This document shows positions 12,201-20,604 of a DNA stretch of 37,125 nt, piece after piece; position 1 is the stretch's first letter, and each line of letters starts with the position of its first letter. Below the pieces are notes generated by a model that was given only the letters and a program-made list of their open reading frames with translations, had not been told where the DNA came from and searched no databases. The translations under genes and the position numbers were made by a program. Source of the DNA: Maribacter sp. (lineage in GTDB: Bacteria; Bacteroidota; Bacteroidia; Flavobacteriales; Flavobacteriaceae); the NCBI GenBank assembly GCA_049645725.1, contig JBARUM010000372.1:1-37125 (forward strand), read 5' to 3'.

Positions 12201-15200
12201 TACTATAGAAATAGCCCCGTCGGAACCTCCAAAACAGCTAACATCCGCGGGGGTAGGAGTGAAATTTAAAGGGGCGTCTTGTGTTAAAGTAATAGGAAAA
12301 GAAGCTTCACAAAAGCCATTGATAGTATCTCCGTTATTATCCCTTACATAAACATCGTAGTTCCCAACTGTGAAACCAGTCACGGGATTGGTCGTATTAA
12401 AACTTGCATCCGTTGGGGTATTTCCGCTTGGAACTATTGAGTACACATAGTTGCCATCACCGCCGTTAGCGGTTATGTCTATATCACTATCCGTGTCGCA
12501 AGCAGAAATATTGGCCGCGGATGCGGAAACTGTTAGCTGGGGCTCTATAGTAACTGTTTGCGTTGCGAGCGCTATTGGACAGCCAGATTGATCCCTCACG
12601 TCAATATCGTAAGTTCCGCTAGAAAGTCCGCTAAACGTGTACGTAATTGCGGATGAAGGAGTAGGGCTTAACCATGGGCCAGCATTAATCCTGAACTGAT
12701 ATCCCCCATTACCATTAGTAACATCCACTTGAATGCTTGCGCTATTGCTACCGCTGTAACAAGTGGTTTCTGTAACACTAAAAGAAACTGGGTTTAAAGG
12801 TGCGACGGTTACTGAAGATGTAGTCTCTTCACATGAATTTGCGTCCCTAGTTCTGACCACGTAAGTTCCATCCGAAAGACCAGAAAAAACACGGTTATTA
12901 CCATTATTCACAAAATCAAAAAGTCCAATGACTCCTCCACTGTTATCTTCTAATTGATATGTATACGTAGGTGTTCCACCAGAAGCGTTTGCCGTAATAG
13001 TAGCATCATTCGTACAGGTTAATGCTGTTGTAACATTAGCCGTTACATTCAAGACTGTAGGTTCTGAGATTATTTGATCTACTGACGTCGTACACGTTGT
13101 TTCATTAGCTTTTCGTATCAAGACCGTCTGGCTTCCTGCTCCGAAAACTGGACTGGTCGTTACCGGAGAAACGGTAGAGTTAATCCATGTAGTCCCTCCA
13201 TCTTCCGAATAATCGAAACCTGCAGTCGTATCAAAATTTTCGACCGCAAAAGTTATTGTCCCGTCTGACAATCCATTACAAGAAACATTGGTTGAGCCCT
13301 GAAAGGAGCTTCCAAATATTCTACCAGCTTCAACTGTTACAGGCGTTGTAACAAAAAGTTCGCAGACTTCTGGAACCTGAAATATTTCAATATCATCCAG
13401 CGCTAGGTCGTTTCCGCTATTACCCGAAATTTCTGAACGAATTACAAATTCCAGATTTGTATTGGCGCCTGGGTCAAAATTTGTAGAAAATAATTCCCAA
13501 TCATCAGGGCCTGTATTTTTTGGTATTTGTCCCGTTCTTATAGATTGAATAACCACACCCGTGGTAGTTCTAATTTCTATAGTTAAATCGGGGTCTAATT
13601 GAGTATTTCCAATTAAACCATTAAGTAGATTAAATATGTAAAGGTTTATAGTTAATGGTCTGTTCGGAATTACATCATTGATAGGCTTAGTATAAATAAT
13701 TTGTCCCGGGCTAGGGGTTCCAACATTGATTACCAGAAAGCGCCCGTTAGGGTCTGCTGGATTTGTATGGTCATTAGGATTTACCCATGCTCCAAAGGGT
13801 GCCACAATACTATTGGTTACGCTATATTGAAAATCATTAATATTTCTATTTGTATCTCCACCACCGGCAGTACTTGTGGTTTGATCTTCATAATTATACC
13901 CAATAGTGTCCGGACTAGGTATGGTACCGTTTCCTACGCCAAAATCTTCTGATAATAATAGACTTGGTGTTGGCGGTGTCTGTGATGTGTAATAAGTAGT
14001 AACGGTATAAGTGCCCGGAGCTACATTAGTAAATACATTGTTGTCCTCAGGTGTGTTAAAAGTCCCGTCCAGTGCATAACGATAATCATACCCCGGCTCA
14101 CTTGGTGATGCCGTAATCGTTCCTGAACCGTCACAATTATAATTCACCTCAGGAGTTAAAGAAACACTAGGAGGAGTTGGCAAGCCTTCTACTGTTACGT
14201 TCATTGGAAAGGAACAAGAACCATCTCTAACTAAAACAGTATAATCCCCGGGAGGCAACAAAGCAGTTGAACTTGCACTCCATGTGCTTCCACCATTGAA
14301 ACTATATTCATAAGGTGCGTTGCCACCAACTACGTTAGTTATTCTGACCTCTGCGCCATTAGGATCACAAGTTGCATCCCTTGAAACACCCGCTGAAGCA
14401 CTTAAAGGAAAAGGCTGATCCAATACGTATTGTTGTGTAATATCACATCCACTATTATCCAATACTCGAATATCATAATTTCCTGCAGATAGCCCAACAA
14501 AGTTATTGGTAGGCTGATAGCTTGTTCCTCCATTGATACTGTATTGAAAAGGCCCAACGCCTCCTAAAACATTAATGGTCAATTCCCCATCCGTATCACC
14601 GCTGCACGAAGGTTGCTCCGCATCAATGGTATCAATTGTTAGGCCTCCATTATCATTAATAGTTATCGGACTTGATATTGCATAACAGTTGTTAGCATCT
14701 AAAACAATGAATTGATATGTGCCATTTTCTCCAGGAAAATATTCGTCATTTCCATCATCATCCGTATCCCTCCAGCCAAATGTAAAGGTGGTCTCAACTT
14801 GATAAGCATTAGGGTCTATATTGTTGACTATTTCTCGTTCCGTTGGGCTACCTCCGGGTGTGTGTAATACTGTTCCATCCTTGCTCCATATGGCAAATAG
14901 AAAGTCTGGGTTTCCTTGACCGCCCGTCCTGGATAGTTGTATACTACCGGCCGTACATCCTATATCGGCTATAGTAACTCCTGAAAGTACGGGATCCGGA
15001 ATCCTATTAATAGTCATGGATTGAACATCCACACAACCATCATCTGTTCTAGTAACTATAAAATAATCTCCAGGGTTAATGTTGTTAAATGTATATGTGT
15101 TGTTGGGTTGAGCCGTTTCGCTATCTACTAATGTTCCACCTGGATGAACTGGGTAGGAAGGAGTAGCTGGAGGTGGTGTCCCATCATCCAATCTTAGCTC

Positions 15201-17966
15201 GTATTCATAGTTTGGAAGAACATTATTGGCATTTATCTGAACGCTTCCGAGGTTATTGCAGTTTGCGTCTGTTGTCGTCAAATCTACTTGTAACACTCTG
15301 TTTAGAATACCAATGTTAGGCGTGCTAAAAATACATGCTCCATCAATTGGATCTCCACTTACCGGGTCTAATTGAACTACTTCTACTCTATAGGCTCCAT
15401 TTGTGCTAAAATCAAAGCTAGGCCCATTATTAGAACTAAAAGGAATAACTATAGCATCAGAACTGGCATCTATTAATTGGTAACCGTAACCAGCTCCTAA
15501 ATTAGTAATAGTAATATTTCCGTCCGTATCGCAAACCACATTACGTGTATTATACTGGATGTCTAAAACATTCTGAAATACATCAAAATAAAACCGACTT
15601 ACGCATCCATTTTGATAAGTAATAGCCAACCGGTATTTTCCTTCGGTAGTAGCCGTAAAATCACCCCCACTTCCAACTTGATTCCATGTGCAGCTTAGAT
15701 TTCTGTTCAGGCAATTTTCTGGTTGTACAGTACAACTGGATTCGTCCAACCTTTCCCAAAAAAGATTTTGCGCGTCAGAAATATTAAACTGTAATAATTG
15801 AGAGTCATTAGTTCCGCAAAGAAAAATCTTAGGAAACAAGGTAGTTCCGTCATTACAATCGGCAACTATTTCACCTTGAATATCATTGGTGGTAATGGCA
15901 TCGGAGTTGCTATCATTAAAAAAGTCTATTATGGGGTTGGTCTGGGTAGTCCCAAAACGCTCAACTGTAATAATTTCCATAAACCCTTTGCATGGGTCGG
16001 CAATTTGTTTGTCCACAATATAAACGCCCACTTCATTCACGACAATAGTGCTTGGGTCATTATCCGGATTTCCGTCTTGTCCTGTAATATCTATATCGCC
16101 GGCATCTATTACTTCATCTCCGTTAACATCTAAATACCAAACATAATTGTCAAAACCATCGCCAGCATCTAGGATAACATTGTCCCCGCAGAGTTGAGCT
16201 GTTCTTGAAAAATTACAGGCTGATAGATCATCCAATAAAAAGTTAGTAGCTCCTGGGGTAACGAAACCACAATTGTCAAAATCCGACACACTAGGATCGT
16301 CTGTTATTATGGCGCTATTGATGTCACCTCGATATGTAGAATAGGCCAGATTTTGAATTAAATCTGTACATGCATCCACAAAATCAAAACACTTTTCCGC
16401 TACCCTTACTCTCATTCGAATATTATAAATAGGGTCTCCAATATCTATCAAATCGTCTGGTATGGTAAAGGTTATTTCGTTGGTGGCCGTATCAATCGTA
16501 TGGGTTACTCCTGGCGCCCCAGTTGCATCTACACTTATAAAGGTCGTATTTACTGGCAGTACATCCCTTATAGTATAACTTGTGGCATCATCATTCCCAA
16601 GATTTCTAAAGGATAATACGTAATCAAGTGTTTGTCCTAGATTAACACCCGCCCCAGTAATGTCATTACCGGCAATATCTTCCACCCTTTTTTCAAGAAC
16701 AATATTCGGTTCTATTATTTCGACGGAAAAAGTGGCTAAAAAAGGCCCGTAGCCATCCCCGGTTGAGGTAAATCTTAAGGTTGCTCCACTTTCATCATTG
16801 GGTAACACCGTTTCACTCGGGTTGTTCAAATTAAAAAGGTCTAAATCCGTACCTAAAGTATTTGTGCCATAGGGAGTACGGGTAGGGACCTCAGCTCCGT
16901 CTGTTGTAATCGTAGAATTAAAAAAGTTGTTAGCTGGGTTAAGCCCCGTTGTCATGTTTGTAAAAGTAGAGCCAGAATTTAAGTCCGCCCTTATAAAAAA
17001 ACGATCGTTTCTTATTCCCCTATCACCTTCTAAAGCACCAACACCTATTCTTGCTCTTACAGGAAAAGGCGCTGGAAGTGTTCTAAAGCCATTTACGGCA
17101 ACATCAACATTGCCTACAGAACCTGAAAGTCCGGCATAGCCATCAAAAGTAGAAATGAACTTTCCAGACTCATTTGGATTTTCATAAATAATGACCATTA
17201 CCCAGCCAGCTGAACTAGACCCATTTCTTCTTCCTCTTGTTGCCCTGACGTTAGCCGCAGTATATTCTCCATTTGGATTAGAGTTGGAGCGTACTAAATC
17301 TGTAATGTTTTTGTAACAAATGACGGGACCGTCCTTTGCAAAAGTGGTAGGGTTCAACGGTTGATAACCGTTCATGATGATATCATCTTCCTGGCCAACG
17401 GGGTCGGCATTGTTGTCCGCTATCAAGTCTACATAGTTGCCCCCTGGAACCCGAAATTTTATCTCATTCCACTCTTCTATTCTTGGTGTTCCATTAAATT
17501 GTGCGCCACCATCCGTACTACGTTCGTTGGGGTAAGTTCCTGCCCAGTACAGCCCTGCATATCTCACCTGAGAACAATCTGGGTCATCAACGTTAAGCTC
17601 AGCACTACTTGAACTAAATGTATCGTCATTACCATCCCCGTCCATGTCCACAACACCATCAATATCAATATACTCCATCCACAAGGAGTTATTGTTCTGT
17701 GTGCCATTGTAAGGTGTATTTGCTTCCCCGGGATTAGCTTCTGAAGCCCTATTCAAAATATTGTTGCCAACAAATATTATATCGCCTCTGATTTCCATAT
17801 TTCCACCTGCCAATCTTGGTGTAAATGGCACGTATTCTTGGGCATTGGTGAACAATATTCCGGCAATCAAAATAAAAAATAATGGTACTAACCGGTTATG
17901 TAGAATTATCTTATTCATCTCTTTCAAGACTTTTAGTTTGGTAATGAGCTTAGTTGTACTGGTCAT
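3204..17966 (-). CDS. sprB: Giant SprB-like cell-surface adhesin with T9SS type B C-terminal domain (start may be ATG 17918)
   Basis: 4920 aa; dozens of Cys-containing SprB-type repeats (xSC.G..DG.I...GG..PY.Y...D.NGC); C-terminus IPNFFTPDGDGQNDRW...IFDRYG...GHFTLYR; signal peptide MNKIILHNRLVPLFFILIAGILFTNA|Q; sprC-sprD-sprB-sprF gene order. Confidence 0.88.
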   Translation of the reverse strand: MTSTTKLITKLKVLKEMNKIILHNRLVPLFFILIAGILFTNAQEYVPFTPRLAGGNMEIRGDIIFVGNNILNRASEANPGEANTPYNGTQNNNSLWMEYIDIDGVVDMDGDGNDDTFSSSSAELNVDDPDCSQVRYAGLYWAGTYPNERSTDGGAQFNGTPRIEEWNEIKFRVPGGNYVDLIADNNADPVGQEDDIIMNGYQPLNPTTFAKDGPVICYKNITDLVRSNSNPNGEYTAANVRATRGRRNGSSSAGWVMVIIYENPNESGKFISTFDGYAGLSGSVGNVDVAVNGFRTLPAPFPVRARIGVGALEGDRGIRNDRFFIRADLNSGSTFTNMTTGLNPANNFFNSTITTDGAEVPTRTPYGTNTLGTDLDLFNLNNPSETVLPNDESGATLRFTSTGDGYGPFLATFSVEIIEPNIVLEKRVEDIAGNDITGAGVNLGQTLDYVLSFRNLGNDDATSYTIRDVLPVNTTFISVDATGAPGVTHTIDTATNEITFTIPDDLIDIGDPIYNIRMRVRVAEKCFDFVDACTDLIQNLAYSTYRGDINSAIITDDPSVSDFDNCGFVTPGATNFLLDDLSACNFSRTAQLCGDNVILDAGDGFDNYVWYLDVNGDEVIDAGDIDITGQDGNPDNDPSTIVVNEVGVYIVDKQIADPCKGFMEIITVERFGTTQTNPIIDFFNDSNSDAITTNDIQGEIVADCNDGTTLFPKIFLCGTNDSQLLQFNISDAQNLFWERLDESSCTVQPENCLNRNLSCTWNQVGSGGDFTATTEGKYRLAITYQNGCVSRFYFDVFQNVLDIQYNTRNVVCDTDGNITITNLGAGYGYQLIDASSDAIVIPFSSNNGPSFDFSTNGAYRVEVVQLDPVSGDPIDGACIFSTPNIGILNRVLQVDLTTTDANCNNLGSVQINANNVLPNYEYELRLDDGTPPPATPSYPVHPGGTLVDSETAQPNNTYTFNNINPGDYFIVTRTDDGCVDVQSMTINRIPDPVLSGVTIADIGCTAGSIQLSRTGGQGNPDFLFAIWSKDGTVLHTPGGSPTEREIVNNIDPNAYQVETTFTFGWRDTDDDGNDEYFPGENGTYQFIVLDANNCYAISSPITINDNGGLTIDTIDAEQPSCSGDTDGELTINVLGGVGPFQYSINGGTSYQPTNNFVGLSAGNYDIRVLDNSGCDITQQYVLDQPFPLSASAGVSRDATCDPNGAEVRITNVVGGNAPYEYSFNGGSTWSASSTALLPPGDYTVLVRDGSCSFPMNVTVEGLPTPPSVSLTPEVNYNCDGSGTITASPSEPGYDYRYALDGTFNTPEDNNVFTNVAPGTYTVTTYYTSQTPPTPSLLLSEDFGVGNGTIPSPDTIGYNYEDQTTSTAGGGDTNRNINDFQYSVTNSIVAPFGAWVNPNDHTNPADPNGRFLVINVGTPSPGQIIYTKPINDVIPNRPLTINLYIFNLLNGLIGNTQLDPDLTIEIRTTTGVVIQSIRTGQIPKNTGPDDWELFSTNFDPGANTNLEFVIRSEISGNSGNDLALDDIEIFQVPEVCELFVTTPVTVEAGRIFGSSFQGSTNVSCNGLSDGTITFAVENFDTTAGFDYSEDGGTTWINSTVSPVTTSPVFGAGSQTVLIRKANETTCTTSVDQIISEPTVLNVTANVTTALTCTNDATITANASGGTPTYTYQLEDNSGGVIGLFDFVNNGNNRVFSGLSDGTYVVRTRDANSCEETTSSVTVAPLNPVSFSVTETTCYSGSNSASIQVDVTNGNGGYQFRINAGPWLSPTPSSAITYTFSGLSSGTYDIDVRDQSGCPIALATQTVTIEPQLTVSASAANISACDTDSDIDITANGGDGNYVYSIVPSGNTPTDASFNTTNPVTGFTVGNYDVYVRDNNGDTINGFCEASFPITLTQDAPLNFTPTPADVSCFGGSDGAISIVVNSGGQAPFTYSIDSGTNYSTGTNFPNLSAGTYPVRVRDANLCESAIQNINVDEPSQLVAEAIQTLDYTCAQLGQISIGSVTATVGGSGDYQYSINGGAWTGSTTGGHVFTDLNNDTYSIRVRDANATGCFITLPDVVIDPLPIAPIVDYTVAYNCDGTGNITITPFDASYIYILGGVSQGPGAGADTFGNIAVGTHTLRVTYSPDCHVDTTVIVEDGNAFEASITAFENLDCNGDASGSISIDADNYGAGGFEYSVNGGGFVGPFTSAQTITGLNAQTHTIVVQDVNDPTGCTVPLSQALTAPAALDVSATITSEFTCNNSGATITASTTGGTPTYQYQLEISDDADLTAPYTSIISVERAYQNSPIFTNVSSNNAGESYVIRVRDTNNCEDVIDSAITVVDPTPIVFDATPTACYTGNNDGSILVDVTAGNGGYQFRIDGGPWRTPTPATATTFSFQNLSNGSYDIEVRDQFGCPLASNVQTVSLDPNLNATVDVVDISSCADGSITVNATGGDGNFVYAFMPTGNVPVLTDFGASNTFAVTTGNDGDYDVFVWDNNGIDPHCQFMVTETVEPAVTLAYTATPTAPECHDGTGSIAVNITAGDSPYTIEIIDLDNGGASDQTNTNVVATTQNYFNLGTGNYTIIVTDANGCDRTETPVTITNPLELTADIQGEAPVNCDPDPNLYGFTFINYPTTIGTLEFSADGGTTWQSGDSFVGAAYSSGTEVQPSIRTVSGTTELCRTDLPRYTIPFPLDDLDISISAIIVDCNDLQVTVQGTEGLAPYEYTYSENPVNFNPAAATWQPGGTVDSGGNTVPAGEGSFVFAGLVPGRTYVFYVRDSSPCVRQSSQNVNALAPPPVQISADVTPTCDGLTNGQITYTVTETTLGELGGSFDWDFYRLDDTLPIGAPTLITSGTEAGFTSGDTFVVPTPASLGTGDYFVEIRGAAPNNCVIGSENVEVEQLDPITFTPNVLTHITCADSGLVEIQNPRGGGGTYTYTLSSANFISDIVTTDNPVEVPISNLVDVTATPFNVLVEIADQYNCPVTTLPSHTVAMDISQSPTITSVTTTNCTTPFGITVNASGGVAPYLYSIDGGTSYVNNGGIFNNVAVGSYAISVIDANGCTAADTAGIYPALQASATNTKLLDCTVVTVPNPYGSDAVITIEATDGSGSYDYEITGPENEIRTTLSSPEEWTTATPGTYTVSVYDNNRPTCPARIFTVEVPTRLEPTVNTIEATDVTCNGDTDGTITISAVDNAIGPYTFEITDSDGSVVSINPSSTTNTSATFTGLAPTTGAGYIVTVTAASSNNCPTNSVAIPIGEPSAIAVTMNTPVEFACTSGNNQNNASISVQSVTGGSNTFVRYQFFNNLDLVTPVQDGANDTYVETNLAGGNYTINVFDDNGCIGTATASIAPFDQLLPATITVDQTISCITGENITINAFGSITDSSTPAGLANYEFRELPSGVFGASNTFTNLSTGTHNFEVRNINTNCVVSISHTVGEPNNFDITATVVDVVCDGTDGSVSFTIDDPINPYAGGFSWQIYNSQGTVAIGDDVIIAGANGTTVNVGPTTPFAIGAGEYRVDIVQDSNPDCTATEFFTIAGPNGAITGNTQVQEVTCTLNDGIIDVIDAQGGWGDYTYFVAPTTDPAPLAGDFVINTRFSGLSGGTAPGTDYQVWIKDQNDCMQRLTDVNLIDPTPITASLQINQANCTDFSGEIEVIGTIGGQGSNYTYQLLRNGTPFGPSQATTTFSGLGAGSYEVQISDQWTCTATTTATILYDVIAPSADIVKAIDCISGGSITVSQTGGSGTFDYTVTFPDASTPQPPVLGSASATFTNLTMVGDYVFSITDTATGHTCSTTVTQRLEDSVLPNLSIDTFTNVTCNGADDGTISVNANPDNGIGPYTFTIISGPGSSATFPIAATSSTAATAVFEGLEGTIAGITYTIRVTAANGCTEDISQVITQPNVISNVNASVVQFACTTGNNSDEATITIDVPSIAGGSGNYVRFEFINTTTATTVQDGPNSVYVETNFAGGSYDIFAYDENGCRNVVATTVAITPFVEITDPVVNDLIGVTCNPGNDAQIQVGVTVNPSTATPNLEYEVNGINVTYTGNNTTGLFTGLGFGNYSISITNLDTGCVINTVHAVEAPPEMDVAATKLTDEECLNNGVDDGSFSVAISDYIGTTYTYQVFDSSNNPIVGQSGPGDTTTPLIITDLPGGAYYVRITQTQAPFCVENSNVITVIAPEVPITAVITEQASVSCSNDQGSLLVNPDGGQGPYTIVLDNTTTGQNYTQNNVSAFIFTNLSAGDFDILVTDAYGCDYTDTITLVRPDDIVASLTASTLVCYGDNDASVTASLGPRNVTPVYQYQLNVYVDMTTTTPLQTSVRQSSDTFNGLGAGFFSVTVTDDNGCMSETNRLQIIDPSEVSAQLIRLSPLTCLTDAVLELTATGGTGPYSYSVDGTNYLPMNGLNGPNTHVFNNITAGTYRYYVRDSFNCASILSNEIEEDVIEPLTLDVDTSAAFINCTGESTAIIFADADGGLGNYLYSVYTDVSLSVGSRIAGPQASGDFTGLASGTYYVEVISEDCTVSAEQVDIIEPIPLSYTEEVINVSCFGENDGSITVELSGGAGGYQYAISPNLNQFDTDNTFTDLAPGNYVVIAQDQNGCFERLEYTITEPSLLTVTATTLDETCVGDENGSITLEVAGGTAPYRTSLNSNSDMDFVQDRLVFNGLASGNYLVFVRDANGCETNIVLDINPGVNLTALVEPIYECSGDTPDNYVNITLEDPTIIGDVLYALDSTDPADMQLNPDFRNTAPGMHYIAIAHANGCVQTFDFEIEAFEPLTLTLEQNNINEITALAEGGLEGYTFYFGERDNGDDNTFIINRTDTYVVTVVDENGCEAQANIFMEFIDIEIPNFFTPDGDGQNDRWIPRNMEAFPEILTIIFDRYGREVYRFGLNDEGWDGFYQQNELPTGDYWYLIKLNGEEDNREFVGHFTLYR

Positions 17967-18036
17967 TTCTATGAAGCGTATCTTTCCTTAAATCCAGAGA
18001 AATCATTAAGAACTCCAGAATTTGGGAACATCCAAT

Positions 18037-18125
18037 AACAAATATTCACTTTAGAGACGAGGTGCGGAATTTAATGTTGTAGTATGGTTGTATTATGTTG
18101 TGAAAAGCCATTTACCTAAGGTTAA
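18037..18125 (-). promoter_or_regulatory. Putative activator-dependent promoter of sprB (copy 1 of a shared module)
   Basis: Degenerate -7 box AATATTTG (18046-18039) plus ACAACA direct repeats 21 bp apart; aligns without gaps to 22922-23010. Confidence 0.65.
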
Positions 18126-18408
18126 TCATCTATAAGCCCCTTGTTTGTAGGTGGTAATAGATGTTTTGTTCTTAAAGTCCGTTGAAAGATGTTTTTTGTT
18201 GTTCTGGTAAGAACATACCCTCTAGAATCCACATAATTATAATGAAAAATACTTCATTACTTAATCAAATTTTAGAGTTTTGACACAAGTTGGAAGCTTT
18301 TTCTACAGCAAAAATTATGTAAGAATACTATAAATGAGGAAAGTAAGCGTTTAAATAAAAACCCGACAACGCAGTCATTTGGGAAATTAGTCTTATTTAA
18401 AAAAGCTT

Positions 18409-20598
18409 TTAGGCCATTTGATTTGGATTCACTCGCATAATCCACATCTTATCGTCATAAGCATCATTGAGCCTTGAGTAATAGGAAATTAGCGCATTGT
18501 TCCAAGAATCATGACGTTTCAAATAAACGTATCTATACTTGTTTTCAGGGTTTATAAAGTAACTCGCGTTAAGCCCGTATGAGTTTAAAAGCTTTACGAA
18601 TCGATTTGCATTTCTGGGATTGGCGAAAACGTTGGCAATGATGTAATAACCCGACCCTAAACCATCAATTTTATAGGTTTTAGAATTGGACTCACTAGCC
18701 GTAACTTTGTCCTTTGAAACTACGTTTTTTTGGAGAACGTCTGTATCATATTTAGAAGACTTCTCTTTTAGTTTATTTACGTTAGCTGCGTATTCCCTAT
18801 TGGTGTATCTGTTCTCTACGTTCATAATCCAAGTTGCGTCATCGTAGGACCCATTTAATCGGCTTTCATGAGCTGCTACAGCCTCTCCCCAAGTATCATA
18901 ACGCTTTAGGTAAACGTATTTTAAACCATTGTTGGGGTTGTCTATATAATTTGCATTGATACCTTTATCGTTAAGGCTATTTAAAAAGTTATCCATGTAT
19001 TTGCCTCCCTTATAGACATTGGCAACTATATAATAGCCGTCTTTTGTATTGGGTAAATCCCTGAACTTTCTGCTTTTCACTTTGTCTTGAACCACCTCGG
19101 CGCTTCTATTTTCTTTTAGGGTGCTTCTAGGTTCAGAAACCGCTACAGCATCCTTTTGTCTGGTATACGAATTAGAAGGTTCTTGATACTTATCCTTATT
19201 GTTCTTGACACTAGCTACCTTGTCTTCTGGCGTGTTTGTGCTTTTTGGTGTAATTGCAACTTGGTTCTTTTTTCTTGATGTTTCCACGTTAGCAATCGCA
19301 TCGTTTTCCTTTTCCACTTGATTAGTAAGCGTAGGTATACCACCGTCATTACTATTATTTTTGGCAGATGAGATTATTGTGTTTTCATCATTGCCTTGGA
19401 ATAATTCTTCCGCTTTACGTTCCAAATCGGGCCGTTCACCATTGGTTTCATTTCTAACCATGCGCATGACCATGTTAAATCGCCTTTCTAAATCTTGTTG
19501 TCTTGTAGATTCCAAAGAGTCTTGTCGGAACATTAATTCCTCTATAATAGCATCGTTTTCCGCTAGCTTACGTTTTAATTCCTCTATTTCCTCATTTGTG
19601 GCAATATCATCTGGGACTAATTGGTTGTCGACCAAATCGTCATTCTCTTCCTCTAACATAACACGGTCTTCCGTAAGATTAGGTGAAAAAGAATAGGCAA
19701 ATGAAATTTCGTGGGTAAGCCCAAAATTGTCAAAGTTGTTTGACAATCCTTTTTCCATAGTATACCCCAAGGATATTCTTCTGTTCAGATTGAAACCTAC
19801 TCCTGCAGCGGCTCCATAAAAGCTATCATAACCTCCTTGGATCCATCCTAATTTTGGAAGGTCCAAAATTAGACTACCCCCAAGGGTAACTTCTTCTTCT
19901 CCTACTTTTCTAACACGAGCTAAAGGCATTAGACGGCCTTCTTCAAATACTCCTGTTTCATTTTTAAACTGATGTGTATATTGTAAATGTCCAGAGAATG
20001 TTTTATCCTTAAACTCCGTTAGTGATTCACTCGTCTTTAAGTTGTAATCAAACAGGTTTTCGGCAAAGACACCCACATCAAAATTACCGTAAGAAAGGTT
20101 TAACCCCGGCTGTACGGAAAGTAAATTCTGGTCTTGTAGCCCAGCCAAAAATGGGTCCTCCTCTACAGTAGTTGCCCTGTTCTGATCAAAGCCACTGTTA
20201 TAATAAGAAAGGTTTGCTCCAAAAGTAAGATTGCTCTTATCGCTTAATTTTACACCGTAGGCATAATTGGCCAATACGCCATAATTGCTAAGCGCTCCTA
20301 GTCTTTGCGTATACAAGCTTAAACCAAGCCCTGTCCGGTCGTTAATACGTCCGCTATAACTTAAAAAATAGTTTTGATTGTTATCATCAAATTGTACCGA
20401 TTGGTTTCTGTGTAATAGATTTATATAGGACTTGTCTTCCCTGACCGTTGAAAAGGTAGGGTTGATCAAGAATCTGTTGTACTTTAAAAGATTCTGTGCC
20501 GGAACATCGTAAGCCACAAAAGGACTGTCCTCTTGAGCCGATACTCTTAGGGCGGCAAAGGCAATTAATAGTAGGTATAAAACACTTTTCTTTAGCAT
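18409..20598 (-). CDS. sprD: SprD-like protein: PorP/SprF barrel + coiled coil + two SPOR-like repeats
   Basis: N-terminal ~300 aa are PorP-like (FLINPTFS, LGYTME, THEISFAY), followed by a charged linker and two copies of GYYI(V/I)ANV...YVYLKR.D.W..A...WIM.V; located between the sprC- and sprB-like genes. Confidence 0.75.
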   Translation of the reverse strand: MLKKSVLYLLLIAFAALRVSAQEDSPFVAYDVPAQNLLKYNRFLINPTFSTVREDKSYINLLHRNQSVQFDDNNQNYFLSYSGRINDRTGLGLSLYTQRLGALSNYGVLANYAYGVKLSDKSNLTFGANLSYYNSGFDQNRATTVEEDPFLAGLQDQNLLSVQPGLNLSYGNFDVGVFAENLFDYNLKTSESLTEFKDKTFSGHLQYTHQFKNETGVFEEGRLMPLARVRKVGEEEVTLGGSLILDLPKLGWIQGGYDSFYGAAAGVGFNLNRRISLGYTMEKGLSNNFDNFGLTHEISFAYSFSPNLTEDRVMLEEENDDLVDNQLVPDDIATNEEIEELKRKLAENDAIIEELMFRQDSLESTRQQDLERRFNMVMRMVRNETNGERPDLERKAEELFQGNDENTIISSAKNNSNDGGIPTLTNQVEKENDAIANVETSRKKNQVAITPKSTNTPEDKVASVKNNKDKYQEPSNSYTRQKDAVAVSEPRSTLKENRSAEVVQDKVKSRKFRDLPNTKDGYYIVANVYKGGKYMDNFLNSLNDKGINANYIDNPNNGLKYVYLKRYDTWGEAVAAHESRLNGSYDDATWIMNVENRYTNREYAANVNKLKEKSSKYDTDVLQKNVVSKDKVTASESNSKTYKIDGLGSGYYIIANVFANPRNANRFVKLLNSYGLNASYFINPENKYRYVYLKRHDSWNNALISYYSRLNDAYDDKMWIMRVNPNQMA

Positions 20599-20604
20599 GG
20601 TAGT

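Noticed and set aside
16324..16332. RGD tripeptide in SprB (YRGDIN)
   Set aside because: A single RGD in 4920 aa is expected by chance.
4215..17991. Many short ORFs antisense to or out of frame within sprB (and similar ones in sprC, sprD, glnS, katG, gltX and the last gene)
   Set aside because: Shadow ORFs produced by codon bias of long real genes; no recognisable motifs.
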